A stretch of DNA of 64,000 nt. Origin: Candidatus Bathyarchaeia archaeon. GTDB taxonomy: Archaea; Thermoproteota; Bathyarchaeia; Bathyarchaeales; Bathycorpusculaceae. The notes beneath the pieces are model-generated. The model was not told where the DNA came from. It worked only from the letters and a program-made list of their open reading frames with translations, and did not search any database. The stretch lies in the NCBI GenBank assembly GCA_049521795.1, contig JBEKOM010000001.1, forward strand, positions 1 to 64,000, read 5' to 3'. This document shows, one piece after another, positions 1-9,957 of this stretch (within the stretch, counting starts at the first letter, position 1; the number at the start of each line of letters is the position of its first letter). A program made the position numbers and the translations under genes.

Positions 1-1823
1 TGCCTTTGCTTTTCAAAACTGTCAATTACATAAGGCAAATCTTTCTCAGGATTAATGTCACCTACACCTAATTTGAGCAATTCTTCTAATGAATAGCCTG
101 TTATTTCGCAAATTCTGGGATTAGCAAAAGAGAATCTTCTTGTTTTAGCATCGGCAGCAAGAATGCCATCGTTTGCTCCCTCAAAGATTGCCCTAAATCT
201 TTCTTCGCTCTCCTGCAGTGTCTTTTCTACTTTCTTGTGTTCAGTGATGTCCCTAACAATCCCGGTGACTGCTATCACTCTTCCGCTATCATCTCTGACA
301 GGATTTAGGCTGGCACTACTATACAATTCACGACCTTCGACAACCATTTTTTCATCTATATGCGTGCTCTTGCCAGTATCAAATACATTTTTGATGTTTT
401 TCGAGAATTGGGCTGCAATTGTTTCCGGGAATACCTCAGACATTGACCTGCCGATCATCTCTTGAGGAGACATCCTGAAAAGATCTGCCCCGGTCTTATT
501 TACGGATAAAAATCTGCAGTCCCTATCTAACATGAATATCTGGTCGCTTGAGTTTTCAACAATACTCCTTGATCTCTCTTCCGACTCTATCGACGCTTGT
601 TCTGTTTTCTTGCGTTTAGTGATTTTTCCCAATCTCTCTGCAATAGCATCTATTAGGAGTCTTTCTTCTTTCAGAAAGGGGCCTTCAGCAATTGTAGGCC
701 GTTCTTCAAGGTAACAAACTTCCACAGAGCCAACCTTTTTTCCAGATATTTCAATGTCAGCCTGCAGCTTCCATCTGGTCTCCTTGAAGGCTTTCGTCGA
801 AAACTCTCGATTCTCAACAACTACTCTTGCACATGTAATGTCTGGATATCGCATAGCAGGGGGAAGCAGGTCAGCCGTTTTTTGCAATGCATCATCTAAC
901 GAAATGTCCGATTTCTCAAAAAGCCTTGACATACCATAAAAACAGTTGAGCTCCTTTACACGCTCACGAAGGTCATGAAGAAGCCTGCTTTTTTCTTCCT
1001 CCATTTTCTTGCGTTCGGTGATGTCTCTCATTATGCTCACAAGACCTGAGGGGTTGCCCGAGGAATCTTTGAGGATGCTTGCAGAAAGTTCTCCCCAAGA
1101 CTCCTCTCCATCCTTATTCAACAGAGTATATTCTGAGTTCCTCGTTGTTCCTTGTTCTAGCGTTTTCTTCAGAGTCTCATATGCTTTTTGGCGGTCTTTT
1201 TGCGCAATAAAATCGATACTGTTTTTGCCAATCAATTCTTCCCTGGATGAGAATCCGAGCATTTTCCATGCTGTTTCGTTGCAATCAAGGATGTTACCAC
1301 GCAAATCACTCAGGGCTATGGCATCGGGTGACGAACTAAATACTGCTCTCAGTCTCTCCTCTCTCTCCCACAATTTCATTTCTATCTTTTTTCTTTCTGT
1401 GGCTTGGCGTATGCCATTTGCTAATTCACCATAGACTGTTTCTGGTTGACCTTGTTTGGTGAAGTATCCCGAAGCACCCAGGTTCAGGGCTTTCATGGCT
1501 ATTTCTTCTCTGCCTTTTCCAGTGAAAATAATGAGCGGAACCGTGTTTCCCTTTTTTCGTAGTTCTTCCAAGAGTTCAAGACCATCTTTGCCTGGCATTT
1601 GATAATCAGAAACAATAACATCATAATTCGTTTTCTTCAACTTCTCCAAGGCTTCGTTGACTGAAGACGCAGTATCTACTTCAAATTCGCTCTGCAACTC
1701 CAAACATTGCTTCGCAACCTTCAGCAAAGCAGGCTCATCGTCAACGTGCAAGACACGAATCAGCTTCTTCTCTGTAGAATCGACAACTATCTCGGCATGT
1801 GACCGAACAGCAGATTCAACCAT
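1..1823 (-). CDS. REC + multi-PAS (+GAF-like) signal transduction protein, probably a hybrid histidine kinase; 3' end runs off the window
   Basis: Not in ORF track because there is no stop in the window. Manual translation from ATG 1823: MVESAVRSHAEIVVDSTEKKLIRVLHVDDEPALLKVAKQCLE...DVIVSDYQMPGKDG...FTGKG (receiver domain), then repeated PAS/PAC motifs (RDITE). Paralogous to 6095..9799. Confidence 0.9.
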   Translation of the reverse strand, partial: MVESAVRSHAEIVVDSTEKKLIRVLHVDDEPALLKVAKQCLELQSEFEVDTASSVNEALEKLKKTNYDVIVSDYQMPGKDGLELLEELRKKGNTVPLIIFTGKGREEIAMKALNLGASGYFTKQGQPETVYGELANGIRQATERKKIEMKLWEREERLRAVFSSSPDAIALSDLRGNILDCNETAWKMLGFSSREELIGKNSIDFIAQKDRQKAYETLKKTLEQGTTRNSEYTLLNKDGEESWGELSASILKDSSGNPSGLVSIMRDITERKKMEEEKSRLLHDLRERVKELNCFYGMSRLFEKSDISLDDALQKTADLLPPAMRYPDITCARVVVENREFSTKAFKETRWKLQADIEISGKKVGSVEVCYLEERPTIAEGPFLKEERLLIDAIAERLGKITKRKKTEQASIESEERSRSIVENSSDQIFMLDRDCRFLSVNKTGADLFRMSPQEMIGRSMSEVFPETIAAQFSKNIKNVFDTGKSTHIDEKMVVEGRELYSSASLNPVRDDSGRVIAVTGIVRDITEHKKVEKTLQESEERFRAIFEGANDGILAADAKTRRFSFANPRICEITGYSLEELLKLGVGDINPEKDLPYVIDSFEKQR

Positions 1824-2023
1824 GTAAACCACACTTAAACTATTCCACTACACGCATGTGAATCTGTAGCGTTTTCTCTAGTGTCCTTTTCCTGATTAAA
1901 CAGTTATGAACACAGAATCAATACTCAAGAGCAACCTCTCCAAAGAATATACCAAAACTCAACGCAAGACCGATATTCAACATAAAAGACAAAAAAGGGG
2001 GTTTTGCTGGTGATGTCTCCAGT

Positions 2024-2056
2024 GTAGTGGGGACTCAAACCCCGTCCCCCGCACCA
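2024..2056 (+). other. Degenerate tRNA(Leu)-like 3' fragment, possible att scar
   Basis: gggga-ctcaaac-cccgt-cccccgc-a-cca has T-arm/acceptor/discriminator/CCA spacing. The acceptor strand CCCCCGC-A fits archaeal tRNA-Leu. The T-stem is imperfect and there is no 5' half. Confidence 0.3.
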
Positions 2057-2069
2057 TAACATGCTACTC

Positions 2070-3902
2070 TTACGGTTTATCTGCCGACAACAAGTGTTCA
2101 GCCATGATCGCCCAGACTTTTTCTCTTTCCTCCGGGCAAGGCTGAATGGGAAGCGTCACAATGAACGTGCTTCCTTTGCCAACAGTGCTTCTTACATGGA
2201 TCTTGCCGCCATGCGCCTCAACGAAGCGCTTGCAGATAGCCAAGCCGAAACCCATTCCCTTCGCTTTAGTGGTGAAAAGGGGCCTGTAAATATTTCCCAA
2301 AGTTTTCTCCGACATACCAACCCCTGTGTCTGAGAAAACAATTTCCAAGTCACCGTTTGATTCCCTGCTTTCTATCGTCAGTCTGCCGCCTTTGGGCATG
2401 GCATCGACAGCGTTCTTGATTATGTTCACAAACACTCTCTTCATTTTGCCAGTGTCAACTTTCATCTCTGGCTTGTCTCTTGTCAGATCTGCTACCTCAA
2501 CTTTTTTGGGAATTTTGACAGCGGACAAGGCTTCCTTCACCATTGATCCAGGGTTGCTCTCATTCAAATCAAGCTTTATGTCTCTTGAGTATTCTAAGAG
2601 GTCGTTTATGATCTTGTTCGAATATTCAACATCCTTCTCGATGACCTTGAACATTTCTTTCAATTTGCTGTCCATTTTCGGGCTGCATTTTGCCTTCAGG
2701 TAGTATGCGGCTCCTGCGATGCCCGTTAACGGGTTGCGCAGGTCGTGACCAATCATGGCTGCTAACTCGCCGATGGCAGCAAGTCTCTCAGACTTGACAA
2801 GCTGCTGCTGAGCCTCCTTCAGTTGTTCGGTTCGCTCCTCCACCTTTTCCTCCAAGTGCTGCGCGTACTCCCTGACTTGTTGTATCAGTTTCCCGTTTTC
2901 GATGGCTGTGGCAGCTTGATGAGCAAACAGTTCAAGGGGAGCAAGTGACGCTCTCGTCGGACGCCGGCCATCTTGCGGGTCATCCATGCTCATTATGCCC
3001 ACAACTCTTCCGCCTGGCAGTCGCAATGGTATGTACAACAGGTCGTCAGGGTTCCAGTCAAAAGCATTCTTTTGCTGCATCTTGCTCGGAACTGCATACT
3101 TAAACTGCTCTTGAACAAGCGGGTCGCTCCAAGGCAGATAGTAGAATTCGCCTAAGCGATAATGTTCAAACATGGAACTCAAACGCTTACGCATTACTTC
3201 GCCAGATGGCTGATGACCCCTCAGGTGCTCTTCTTCTTCCTTGGTTAATCCTGCTGCCACAACATCTGTTGTTTCCAGGTTTTCGTCCTTCAAGGTTATG
3301 ACTGCTCTTTTCCATCCCTGCTCGCAAACAACTTCCAGAATCGTTTGCAGTCGCTTGTGAAGATCCGTTGAGCTGAGCAGTACGGCGGAGCTTTTCATCA
3401 AACCAGACATCTTTTTGGATATGTTCCGATAGTTTTCCTCGCTTTCTCGCAAGGCATTTTCCATCTGCGTTCGATCGGTAATATCCCAGAAAGTGCCCAG
3501 TATGCCAACGACATTGCCCTTTTCATCTTTTACAGGAGTTTTGACTGTGTGCACATACACTCTTTTCTTATCCTGGACATATTCCTCATCTATGCCTTCG
3601 GTGTTCCCTGACTCCAAGATTCTCTTGTCATCGGCTCTGTATTTTTCGGCCAACTCCTTAGGATAAAAATCAAAATCTGTTTTGCCCTTGATCTCTTCGC
3701 TCCTGATTTTTAAGTCTTGAGCGTAATTCTTGCTGCAGAATATATAAACCGAATTTCTATCCTTGAAGAAGACTTTCTGCGGAAGGTTTTCAAGCAATGT
3801 TTTGGTCTTGGGCTCATCGTCAACTTGCAAAACACGCAACTTCACCTTCTCAGCAGAACCGAGGACTATCTCAGCTGCAGACGGAACAACAGATTCAACC
3901 AT
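2070..3902 (-). CDS. PAS-GAF histidine kinase (HisKA + HATPase) with a vestigial N-terminal receiver stub
   Basis: H-box GHDLRNPL, N-box NIIKNAVDAM, DTGVGM, GMGFGL. PAS TLLENLPQKVFFKD, then GAF. The N-terminus matches the paralog REC start only up to VDDEP. Confidence 0.92.
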   Translation of the reverse strand: MVESVVPSAAEIVLGSAEKVKLRVLQVDDEPKTKTLLENLPQKVFFKDRNSVYIFCSKNYAQDLKIRSEEIKGKTDFDFYPKELAEKYRADDKRILESGNTEGIDEEYVQDKKRVYVHTVKTPVKDEKGNVVGILGTFWDITDRTQMENALRESEENYRNISKKMSGLMKSSAVLLSSTDLHKRLQTILEVVCEQGWKRAVITLKDENLETTDVVAAGLTKEEEEHLRGHQPSGEVMRKRLSSMFEHYRLGEFYYLPWSDPLVQEQFKYAVPSKMQQKNAFDWNPDDLLYIPLRLPGGRVVGIMSMDDPQDGRRPTRASLAPLELFAHQAATAIENGKLIQQVREYAQHLEEKVEERTEQLKEAQQQLVKSERLAAIGELAAMIGHDLRNPLTGIAGAAYYLKAKCSPKMDSKLKEMFKVIEKDVEYSNKIINDLLEYSRDIKLDLNESNPGSMVKEALSAVKIPKKVEVADLTRDKPEMKVDTGKMKRVFVNIIKNAVDAMPKGGRLTIESRESNGDLEIVFSDTGVGMSEKTLGNIYRPLFTTKAKGMGFGLAICKRFVEAHGGKIHVRSTVGKGSTFIVTLPIQPCPEEREKVWAIMAEHLLSADKP

Positions 3903-4077
3903 GAACGATACCCCTCACACTCACCATTACACGCATGCGCATCATCACCAACATGTTGGAAGGCTTCTTCCTCATTAAACAATTATGAATACACTGTCAA
4001 TATTCAAAAACAGGTTTCAATGATAGCTTTGAACGGCAACATGTTTCTAACTGATTTGAAAAAAATGGGAATTGTGT

Positions 4078-4476
4078 TTAAGCTACGTTGAACGTTGCTT
4101 GTCCAGTCCCGCTTTGGTACCCTGTTAGGGACGCCGTTGCAACAACTCCATAGGTTCCTCTCTGAGCGCTTCGTCCTACTCTGTAAGTAAATCGCACTGT
4201 ACCGCTTGAGCTTGTCGTGCCAGAGCCCGTCCACGCCGCTGAGCCGCTTGGGTAGTAAACCGTGACCTTAACCGATACTCCTCGAAGCGGGTTTCCAGTG
4301 ATGCTGTCCTTAACGGTCACCGTTATGTAAACATACGACCCACGTGAGTACGTTGTCTTATCCGTTACGACAGTAACACTTGGAGTCTTTGCACTAGATG
4401 CGAATGGCGTTGCCGCGGCAGCGCTGGCTAAAAGTTTAATGCTGTCATCAACATCTGCTTTGGCCGAAATGACCAT
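4078..4476 (-). CDS. Ig-like beta-sandwich (TDKxxY-type) domain, probably a remnant C-terminus of a secreted/surface protein
   Basis: VTVVTDKTTYSRG...VTVTV...GTYGVVATAS pattern, Ser/Thr/Gly rich, no clear signal peptide. Confidence 0.55.
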   Translation of the reverse strand: MVISAKADVDDSIKLLASAAAATPFASSAKTPSVTVVTDKTTYSRGSYVYITVTVKDSITGNPLRGVSVKVTVYYPSGSAAWTGSGTTSSSGTVRFTYRVGRSAQRGTYGVVATASLTGYQSGTGQATFNVA

Positions 4477-4492
4477 CTGCCTTTGAGGGTTT

Positions 4493-4876
4493 CTAGATCC
4501 ATCTTGTTTTTATTTCTTTGATTGTTTGAAAATGAGGGTCATCTGAGACGCAGCTTGCTTTCAGGTGTGATGCTGTAGCTGCTATCATGCTGTCGGCCAT
4601 GGAGAGCTTGTACTTGTGCCTCAGTTCAGCCGAGCCTTTTGCGATTTCTGCGTCTACCCTCACTATCTTGAAATCTTTCTCCAGCAAGGTCGTCCTCAGC
4701 ATTGCGGACTCGCGCCCCTCGCGCGTAAGCGTAAGCTGATAAACTTCGTGGATCACGATGGCTGAGACGTATTTCTCTCGGCCTCTCAATTCTTCTTTAG
4801 TTCTTTGAAGTACTTTCCCATCCTTAGAGTAGTAGTGTTCAATGAAGAATCTAGTGTCGTAAACCGTTCGAGACAT
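4493..4876 (-). CDS. vapC: VapC-family PIN domain toxin
   Basis: VYDTRF, IVIHE, LSMADSMIAATA and SDD PIN acidic motifs; overlaps the upstream antitoxin. Confidence 0.9.
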   Translation of the reverse strand: MSRTVYDTRFFIEHYYSKDGKVLQRTKEELRGREKYVSAIVIHEVYQLTLTREGRESAMLRTTLLEKDFKIVRVDAEIAKGSAELRHKYKLSMADSMIAATASHLKASCVSDDPHFQTIKEIKTRWI

Positions 4877-5108
4877 CTTCTTCCCTGAGCTTATCCAGAA
4901 GTTTCTTCATTTCTTTAGGGGTTCCATACTGGGATCCGGAACCAGCAAGGTCCAACGTCGATTTCTTGGGTTTGAACAGTATCCCGTCTTCGGTCTCGAT
5001 GACCTGAAGCCTCGTTCCCTCTTCAATCTTGAACTTCTCACGGAGTCGCGCTGGAATTGTGGTCTGACCCTTTCTGGTTACTACAACCTCGTGTTCCAAC
5101 TCTTTCAC
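4851..5108 (-). CDS. AbrB/MazE/SpoVT-family antitoxin
   Basis: VVTRKGQTTIPARLREKFKIEEG motif, directly upstream of the PIN toxin. Confidence 0.9.
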   Translation of the reverse strand: MKELEHEVVVTRKGQTTIPARLREKFKIEEGTRLQVIETEDGILFKPKKSTLDLAGSGSQYGTPKEMKKLLDKLREEDVSNGLRH

Positions 5109-5109
5109 T

Positions 5110-5136
5110 GTAGTACATTTCCTCAGTAGTACATTT
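5110..5136 (-). promoter_or_regulatory. Probable autoregulatory operator of the TA operon
   Basis: Direct repeat gtagtacattt at 5110-5120 and 5126-5136, between the antitoxin start and a TATA-like cttaaat (minus strand). Confidence 0.5.
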
Positions 5137-5181
5137 AAGTCTTCCTACTGAAATTGCCAGCCGTCTCTTCTGTGCCAGATT

Positions 5182-5650
5182 TTATATCCTGATGCTAGTA
5201 ACCATTAAGCCGATCGCGGTCTGCGGGAGATGTCTCCATAGAAGTGTTGCTCCAAGCAAAACTAGAGGCTTTGCATGGACTGATTTCACAAAAAAAGGAG
5301 AGCTGCGGGAGACTTCTCCATTTGAGACGAGACTAGGAGACCCAGGCAGGTTTTTTAGAGACCCCGTCACGTTTTTGGCGTCTCGCTTGCGTTTTCTCAG
5401 GAAGGCGAGACTGTCTTTTTGGCAGACGTATTCGAAGCCTGCTTCCAGCAGCGCCTTGGCTTCTTCAGGTTTCCCAGTCACCTTCACGGTGAACTCGTCG
5501 CATGCCGACTCAAACATTGTCCGTTCGATATTTATGTATATCTCGGTGCTGGCGAGTGACTTGTGGCCTAGGAAATCCTTGACGTAGTAGGGGTCTTTGG
5601 TCTGATGATAAAGCATCGTCGCCTTTCAGTGGCGGAACGTGTGAAGGTTA
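5182..5650 (-). pseudogene. Tyrosine recombinase C-terminal fragment with an in-frame stop
   Basis: Reads LHTFRH*KATMLYHQTKDPYYVKDFLGHKSLASTEIY: HxxR, LGH and catalytic Y present. TGA at 5628-5626 probably replaces Trp. N-terminal part missing. Confidence 0.85.
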
Positions 5651-5656
5651 CCCTCA

Positions 5657-6034
5657 GCAGTCATGGCCAAGCACAACCCGTTCGCCGAAAAGGCCGGAAT
5701 GAAGAAGATACTTGAGCAGCGACCACCGAAAGAGACTGTGAATATCGAGAGAGTCCTTGAGGGTCTTGGGTTTAGCGCCAGCTTCTTGGCAGCAGGACAT
5801 GCATGGTCAGTAAGCTGCAGATCCTAATTGAGAAGGATGTTTTGAGAATAAGGGAGGTCTTTGCAAAGTGCAGATACGTGCGCTTCCTTAGGAGCTTCTC
5901 ACACAATCTTCCATTTGGCACAAGAGACGCTTACGTCAAAGAGAAATGGCAGCGGACCTTGACAAGCTTGCAGGCCTCATAGGGATCTACGGTTTCTTGA
6001 TGCAGACAAAAGCCTATCTCTTCTGGCAAGCATG
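5657..6034 (+). pseudogene. Frameshifted C-terminal fragment of a COG2401-like (ABC ATPase/acetyltransferase-associated) protein
   Basis: AVMAKHNPFAEKAGMKKI resembles the AxMAxYNPFFEKAG motif of this family. A later segment GFLMQTKAYLFW is separated from it by a stop/frameshifts. Confidence 0.45.
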
Positions 6035-6094
6035 AGCATCTAAGCTTTTCTCTTGCCATTGAGGTTTCTGTCAATGTTCTGTCTAGGCTTGGAT

Positions 6095-9000
6095 TCAGCC
6101 AAGCTTGTAGTTTTGTCTTCCGTCTGGTTTGGCTTTAGGTATGTTCATGGTGAATTGTGCTCCTTTCCCATGCGTGCCTGTTTCGTCGATTGCCCAACCA
6201 TAAACCTCCATCATCCTTCTAATCAGATAGAGCCCGTAGCCTGAGCCTTTGCCCGTAGTGAACCCCTCATTGAAAAGCTTTGCTTTATTATCTTTGGATA
6301 TGCCTACGCCGTCATCTTCATAGACTAGTTTCAGCTGGTTTTCAGATTTCTCGTAGCGGATTCTGATTTGAGTCAGCTTCTCGCCGTACTTTAACGAGTC
6401 ATCGATCAAATTGTAGAAGAGTTGCCTCAGGAGCGAATCAGCCAACACGGTCAATCCTCCGCACTCGTTCACTATCTTGACGCCTTGCAAGTCTGGAAAC
6501 ATCCCAACAGCTTCGTCAACAGTCTTCTTCACGTCCATGTAAGCCAGTTGTTCGACGCCCAGCTTCTCGTATGTTCTGGCAAACTCGAAAATGGTTTCCA
6601 CGTTTCTGACTGCGTTTTCCATGTCGGCCAACTGCTCCAAGGCTTCAGGGTTTCCAGCCAGCTTTCGCCTCAGCAGATAAGCGTTTCCAGTTACCGCGCA
6701 CAGCTTGTTTCGCACGTCATGTCTCGTGAGGCTACCTACAACCCGCAGTTTTTCCTCAAGATTCTTCCTTTCCAAAATGTCGCGGAATACGACGAGATCA
6801 GCCGGTTTGCCTTTATAATCGATTTTCGCCGCGTTTATTTCGTACATCAGTTTTCCTCCGTCCTTCTTTAGTAGTTCGACTTCGTATGGCTCCACGTGCG
6901 TTCCCATCATTCTTTCGGCCAGTTTCTTTATCATCACTGCTTTGGTCTTCGCCCCAAACATCTTTGTTTTCAGCAAGTTCTTTCCGACAAGCTCTTCTTT
7001 CTTGAACCCTGTTATTTCCTCCACTTTTTGCGTGACCTCCAAGATTTTTCCTCTTCCATCCACGACAGCCACCGGGTCAGCCATAAGGTCAAACAGCATT
7101 TGGAAATGTTTTCTCGACTCTTCCGATTCTTCCTGCGCCCTTTTCAGCTCTGTTATGTCCTTGTACAAAACTATGTCACCTAAATGCTGGCCTTGGAGCA
7201 CAATTGGGGCAGAGGACAAGGCCACAGGAATTGGAGAGCCCTTTTTGTTCTTCCTAACAGTCTCATAGTAGACGTATCCTTCCTTGCCTTTCTGGGCTAA
7301 CATCAACGCCTCTTTTCTCCTATCCTCTGGCACTACAAAGTCGTCGAGGAATTTTTCCTTGACTTCGTCAAAAGAGTATCCAAAAAGCTCGGTGAAACGC
7401 GGATTAACGTTCAAGACTCTTTCGTTTGGGTCTACGTACACTGCCGCCTCGGGATTACTCATGAATAGCTGTTCAAACTTTTGTTGATTCTCTTGAATCA
7501 GCTTTTCTGCGTTCTTTCGTTCAGAGACATCTCTCATGACTACTTGAACGCCTACAGGCTTGCCATCTTCAATCAATAATCCAGGATGCACTTCTGCCCA
7601 TCGACTCGTTCCATCTTTCCGAACATAAAGGAATTCAACTGGTGAAAGTGGTTCTCCATTCATCAGTGAGCTGAACATCTCTTGAAATTTTGGAATGTCC
7701 TCCACTCGAATAGTCTTCAACTCCGTGAATGGCTTGCCAACGATTCCTTCGTCAGAGTCATAGCCTACTAGCCTCAGGAAACTACGGTTGGCCGATGTGA
7801 CTATGCCTTCTGCATTCACAGCTACTATGCCGTCGGGAGCCAGCTCAACCAGATCTCTATACTTTTCCTCAGATTCCTTCAACGTTTGTTCTGCTTTCCT
7901 GCGTTCGGTGATGTCTCTATGTATGACTTCTATACCGATGATCTTGCCTTTCTGTTTATACGTGCTAACGCTGAGCTCAAGCGGAACGGATTCTCCTTTC
8001 TTGTTCATTCCCCTTATTTCGTATACCAGGGGAAGTTCCTCTTCTGAGTATTTTGTCTGATATTTCTCCAGAACCATGGCGCGATCCTCAGGGTGGACAA
8101 AATCCAAGAACACTTTGCCTTTCAGTTCTTCATCAGCGTATCCCGATGATTTCTTGAATGCTGTGTTGTAGTCTATCAGATGCCCTTCTTTTCCAACGAA
8201 AATACCTACAGGGTCTTGAATGCTTTCGAACAAGCCCCTAAACCTTCCCTCAGACTCCCTCAGCAACTCCTCGCTTTTCTTGCGTTCAGTCACGTCTCTG
8301 ATGTTTATTTGCACTCCAGCAACATTGTTTTCCTTTGCTATAGCACCCGCGTGGTATTCCACAAGAATCTTTCCTGCAGGGGCGGCTAGTTCGACTTCAT
8401 TCTTGGCAGGCTCTCCCTGAGCTACCTTTGAGAAATCCCTCATAACTGCTGGCCAGTATTCTTTGGACACAAAATCGAGAATGTTCTTTCCGACCAGATC
8501 TTCTTTCTCGTAGCCAAAACGCAATACGGAACTGTTTACTGCGGTAATGCTTCCTTTCAGGTCTAAAGTAACTATCGCGTCGATAGCGCTTTCAAACAAG
8601 TTCCTGTATTTTTCCTCAGATTCTCTTAAAGTCTCTTCTGTTTTCTTGCGTTCTGAGATGTCTTTAGCGAAGACAGATAAACCATCCTTGGTGGGGTACG
8701 CATCTATTTCAAAGACAAAGTCCTTATCTCCCATCCGATACTTATTTACAAATGTCTGATGCTGGTTTGTTCTCAGAGTGTTTTGGTAGAACTGTTCAAC
8801 TTCTGTGCCTTCAACATCTGGGAAAACCTCGGTGAGAGATTTTCCAATGGCATCTTTCGCTGAAATACCTGTCAGCCTCTCTGAGGCTTTGTTCCAGTCA
8901 GTGTATCTGAAATCTCTATCCATTGTGAAGAAAACGTCACTGATGCTTTCAATGAGCACGTCATATCTCCCCTCACTTTCCCTCAGCTCTTCTTCTGCTT

Positions 9001-9799
9001 TCTCGTGTCCGGTGGTGTCTTCTAGAATGGTTTGTATTCCGACAACTCTGTTGTCGGAGAATATTGGGTTGCTTCTATACTCTGCTATTTTGTCTCCTTT
9101 CGGCGTGTGCATTTCAATTCTGCCTTCTGCTGTTTTTCCCAAAGCTATTTGGGCAACGTCTTTGAGCAGTTTCGGCCAATATCTCTTGGAGACAAACTTC
9201 AGCATATTCTTTCCAAGCATCCCACTCCTGCTGAAGCCATATTCTTCTGCCCCCTTGTTGACGGAAGTTACGTTTCCTTTTAGGTCAAATAGGATGATAA
9301 CGCTGTTTGCGTTTTCGAAAAGATTCCTGTACCTTTCTTCAGATAGTCTAACCAGCTCTTCTGCTTTCTTGGTTTTGGCCAGTTCTGCTATGGCATGAGC
9401 TAGTTCCGTGTAAACAGTCTCAGTTTCTCCTGTTTTGTTGAGGTACTGGTTGGCTCCCAAGTTAAGGGCTCTTATCGCGACTTCCTCTCTTCCCTTTCCC
9501 GTAAACATGATGAAGGGAACACTGTTTCCGCTCTCTCTCAGCTCTTTCAGAAATTCCAGACCGTCTTTTCCAGGCATCTGATAGTCCGAAACGACCGCGT
9601 CATACCGCTCCTTCGCAAGCTTCGCTAACGCTTCTTCAACAGAGCTTACCGAATCAACTCGAAACGGGCCCTGCATCTCCAAACATTGCTTCGCAACCTT
9701 CAGCAAAGCGGGCTCATCGTCAACATGCAAGACACGAATCTTTTTTTCAGTGGAATCTATGACTATCTCAGCTTGAGACTCGACGACAGAGTCGACCAT
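6095..9799 (-). CDS. Hybrid sensor kinase: REC + 7 PAS + HisKA/HATPase
   Basis: VDDE...SDYQMPGKDG receiver, seven PAS repeats, H-box RHDVRN, DDGVG, GSGYGL. Confidence 0.95.
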   Translation of the reverse strand: MVDSVVESQAEIVIDSTEKKIRVLHVDDEPALLKVAKQCLEMQGPFRVDSVSSVEEALAKLAKERYDAVVSDYQMPGKDGLEFLKELRESGNSVPFIMFTGKGREEVAIRALNLGANQYLNKTGETETVYTELAHAIAELAKTKKAEELVRLSEERYRNLFENANSVIILFDLKGNVTSVNKGAEEYGFSRSGMLGKNMLKFVSKRYWPKLLKDVAQIALGKTAEGRIEMHTPKGDKIAEYRSNPIFSDNRVVGIQTILEDTTGHEKAEEELRESEGRYDVLIESISDVFFTMDRDFRYTDWNKASERLTGISAKDAIGKSLTEVFPDVEGTEVEQFYQNTLRTNQHQTFVNKYRMGDKDFVFEIDAYPTKDGLSVFAKDISERKKTEETLRESEEKYRNLFESAIDAIVTLDLKGSITAVNSSVLRFGYEKEDLVGKNILDFVSKEYWPAVMRDFSKVAQGEPAKNEVELAAPAGKILVEYHAGAIAKENNVAGVQINIRDVTERKKSEELLRESEGRFRGLFESIQDPVGIFVGKEGHLIDYNTAFKKSSGYADEELKGKVFLDFVHPEDRAMVLEKYQTKYSEEELPLVYEIRGMNKKGESVPLELSVSTYKQKGKIIGIEVIHRDITERRKAEQTLKESEEKYRDLVELAPDGIVAVNAEGIVTSANRSFLRLVGYDSDEGIVGKPFTELKTIRVEDIPKFQEMFSSLMNGEPLSPVEFLYVRKDGTSRWAEVHPGLLIEDGKPVGVQVVMRDVSERKNAEKLIQENQQKFEQLFMSNPEAAVYVDPNERVLNVNPRFTELFGYSFDEVKEKFLDDFVVPEDRRKEALMLAQKGKEGYVYYETVRKNKKGSPIPVALSSAPIVLQGQHLGDIVLYKDITELKRAQEESEESRKHFQMLFDLMADPVAVVDGRGKILEVTQKVEEITGFKKEELVGKNLLKTKMFGAKTKAVMIKKLAERMMGTHVEPYEVELLKKDGGKLMYEINAAKIDYKGKPADLVVFRDILERKNLEEKLRVVGSLTRHDVRNKLCAVTGNAYLLRRKLAGNPEALEQLADMENAVRNVETIFEFARTYEKLGVEQLAYMDVKKTVDEAVGMFPDLQGVKIVNECGGLTVLADSLLRQLFYNLIDDSLKYGEKLTQIRIRYEKSENQLKLVYEDDGVGISKDNKAKLFNEGFTTGKGSGYGLYLIRRMMEVYGWAIDETGTHGKGAQFTMNIPKAKPDGRQNYKLG

Positions 9800-9957
9800 G
9801 AGAATTATCCTCTAAGCTAATCATTACGCACCTGTGCACTGGAACATTGTTTTGAAGGTCTCCCCCTGACTTAACACTTGTGAACACAGAATTAATATCT
9901 AAAAACAACCCTACAGAACCACACCGATGCTCACCATGAAGCTGAGGCTCAATCAAT

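Noticed and set aside
163-1434. Plus-strand ORFs at 163-1434 and similar antisense ORFs across the window
   Set aside because: Shadow frames opposite well-supported genes.
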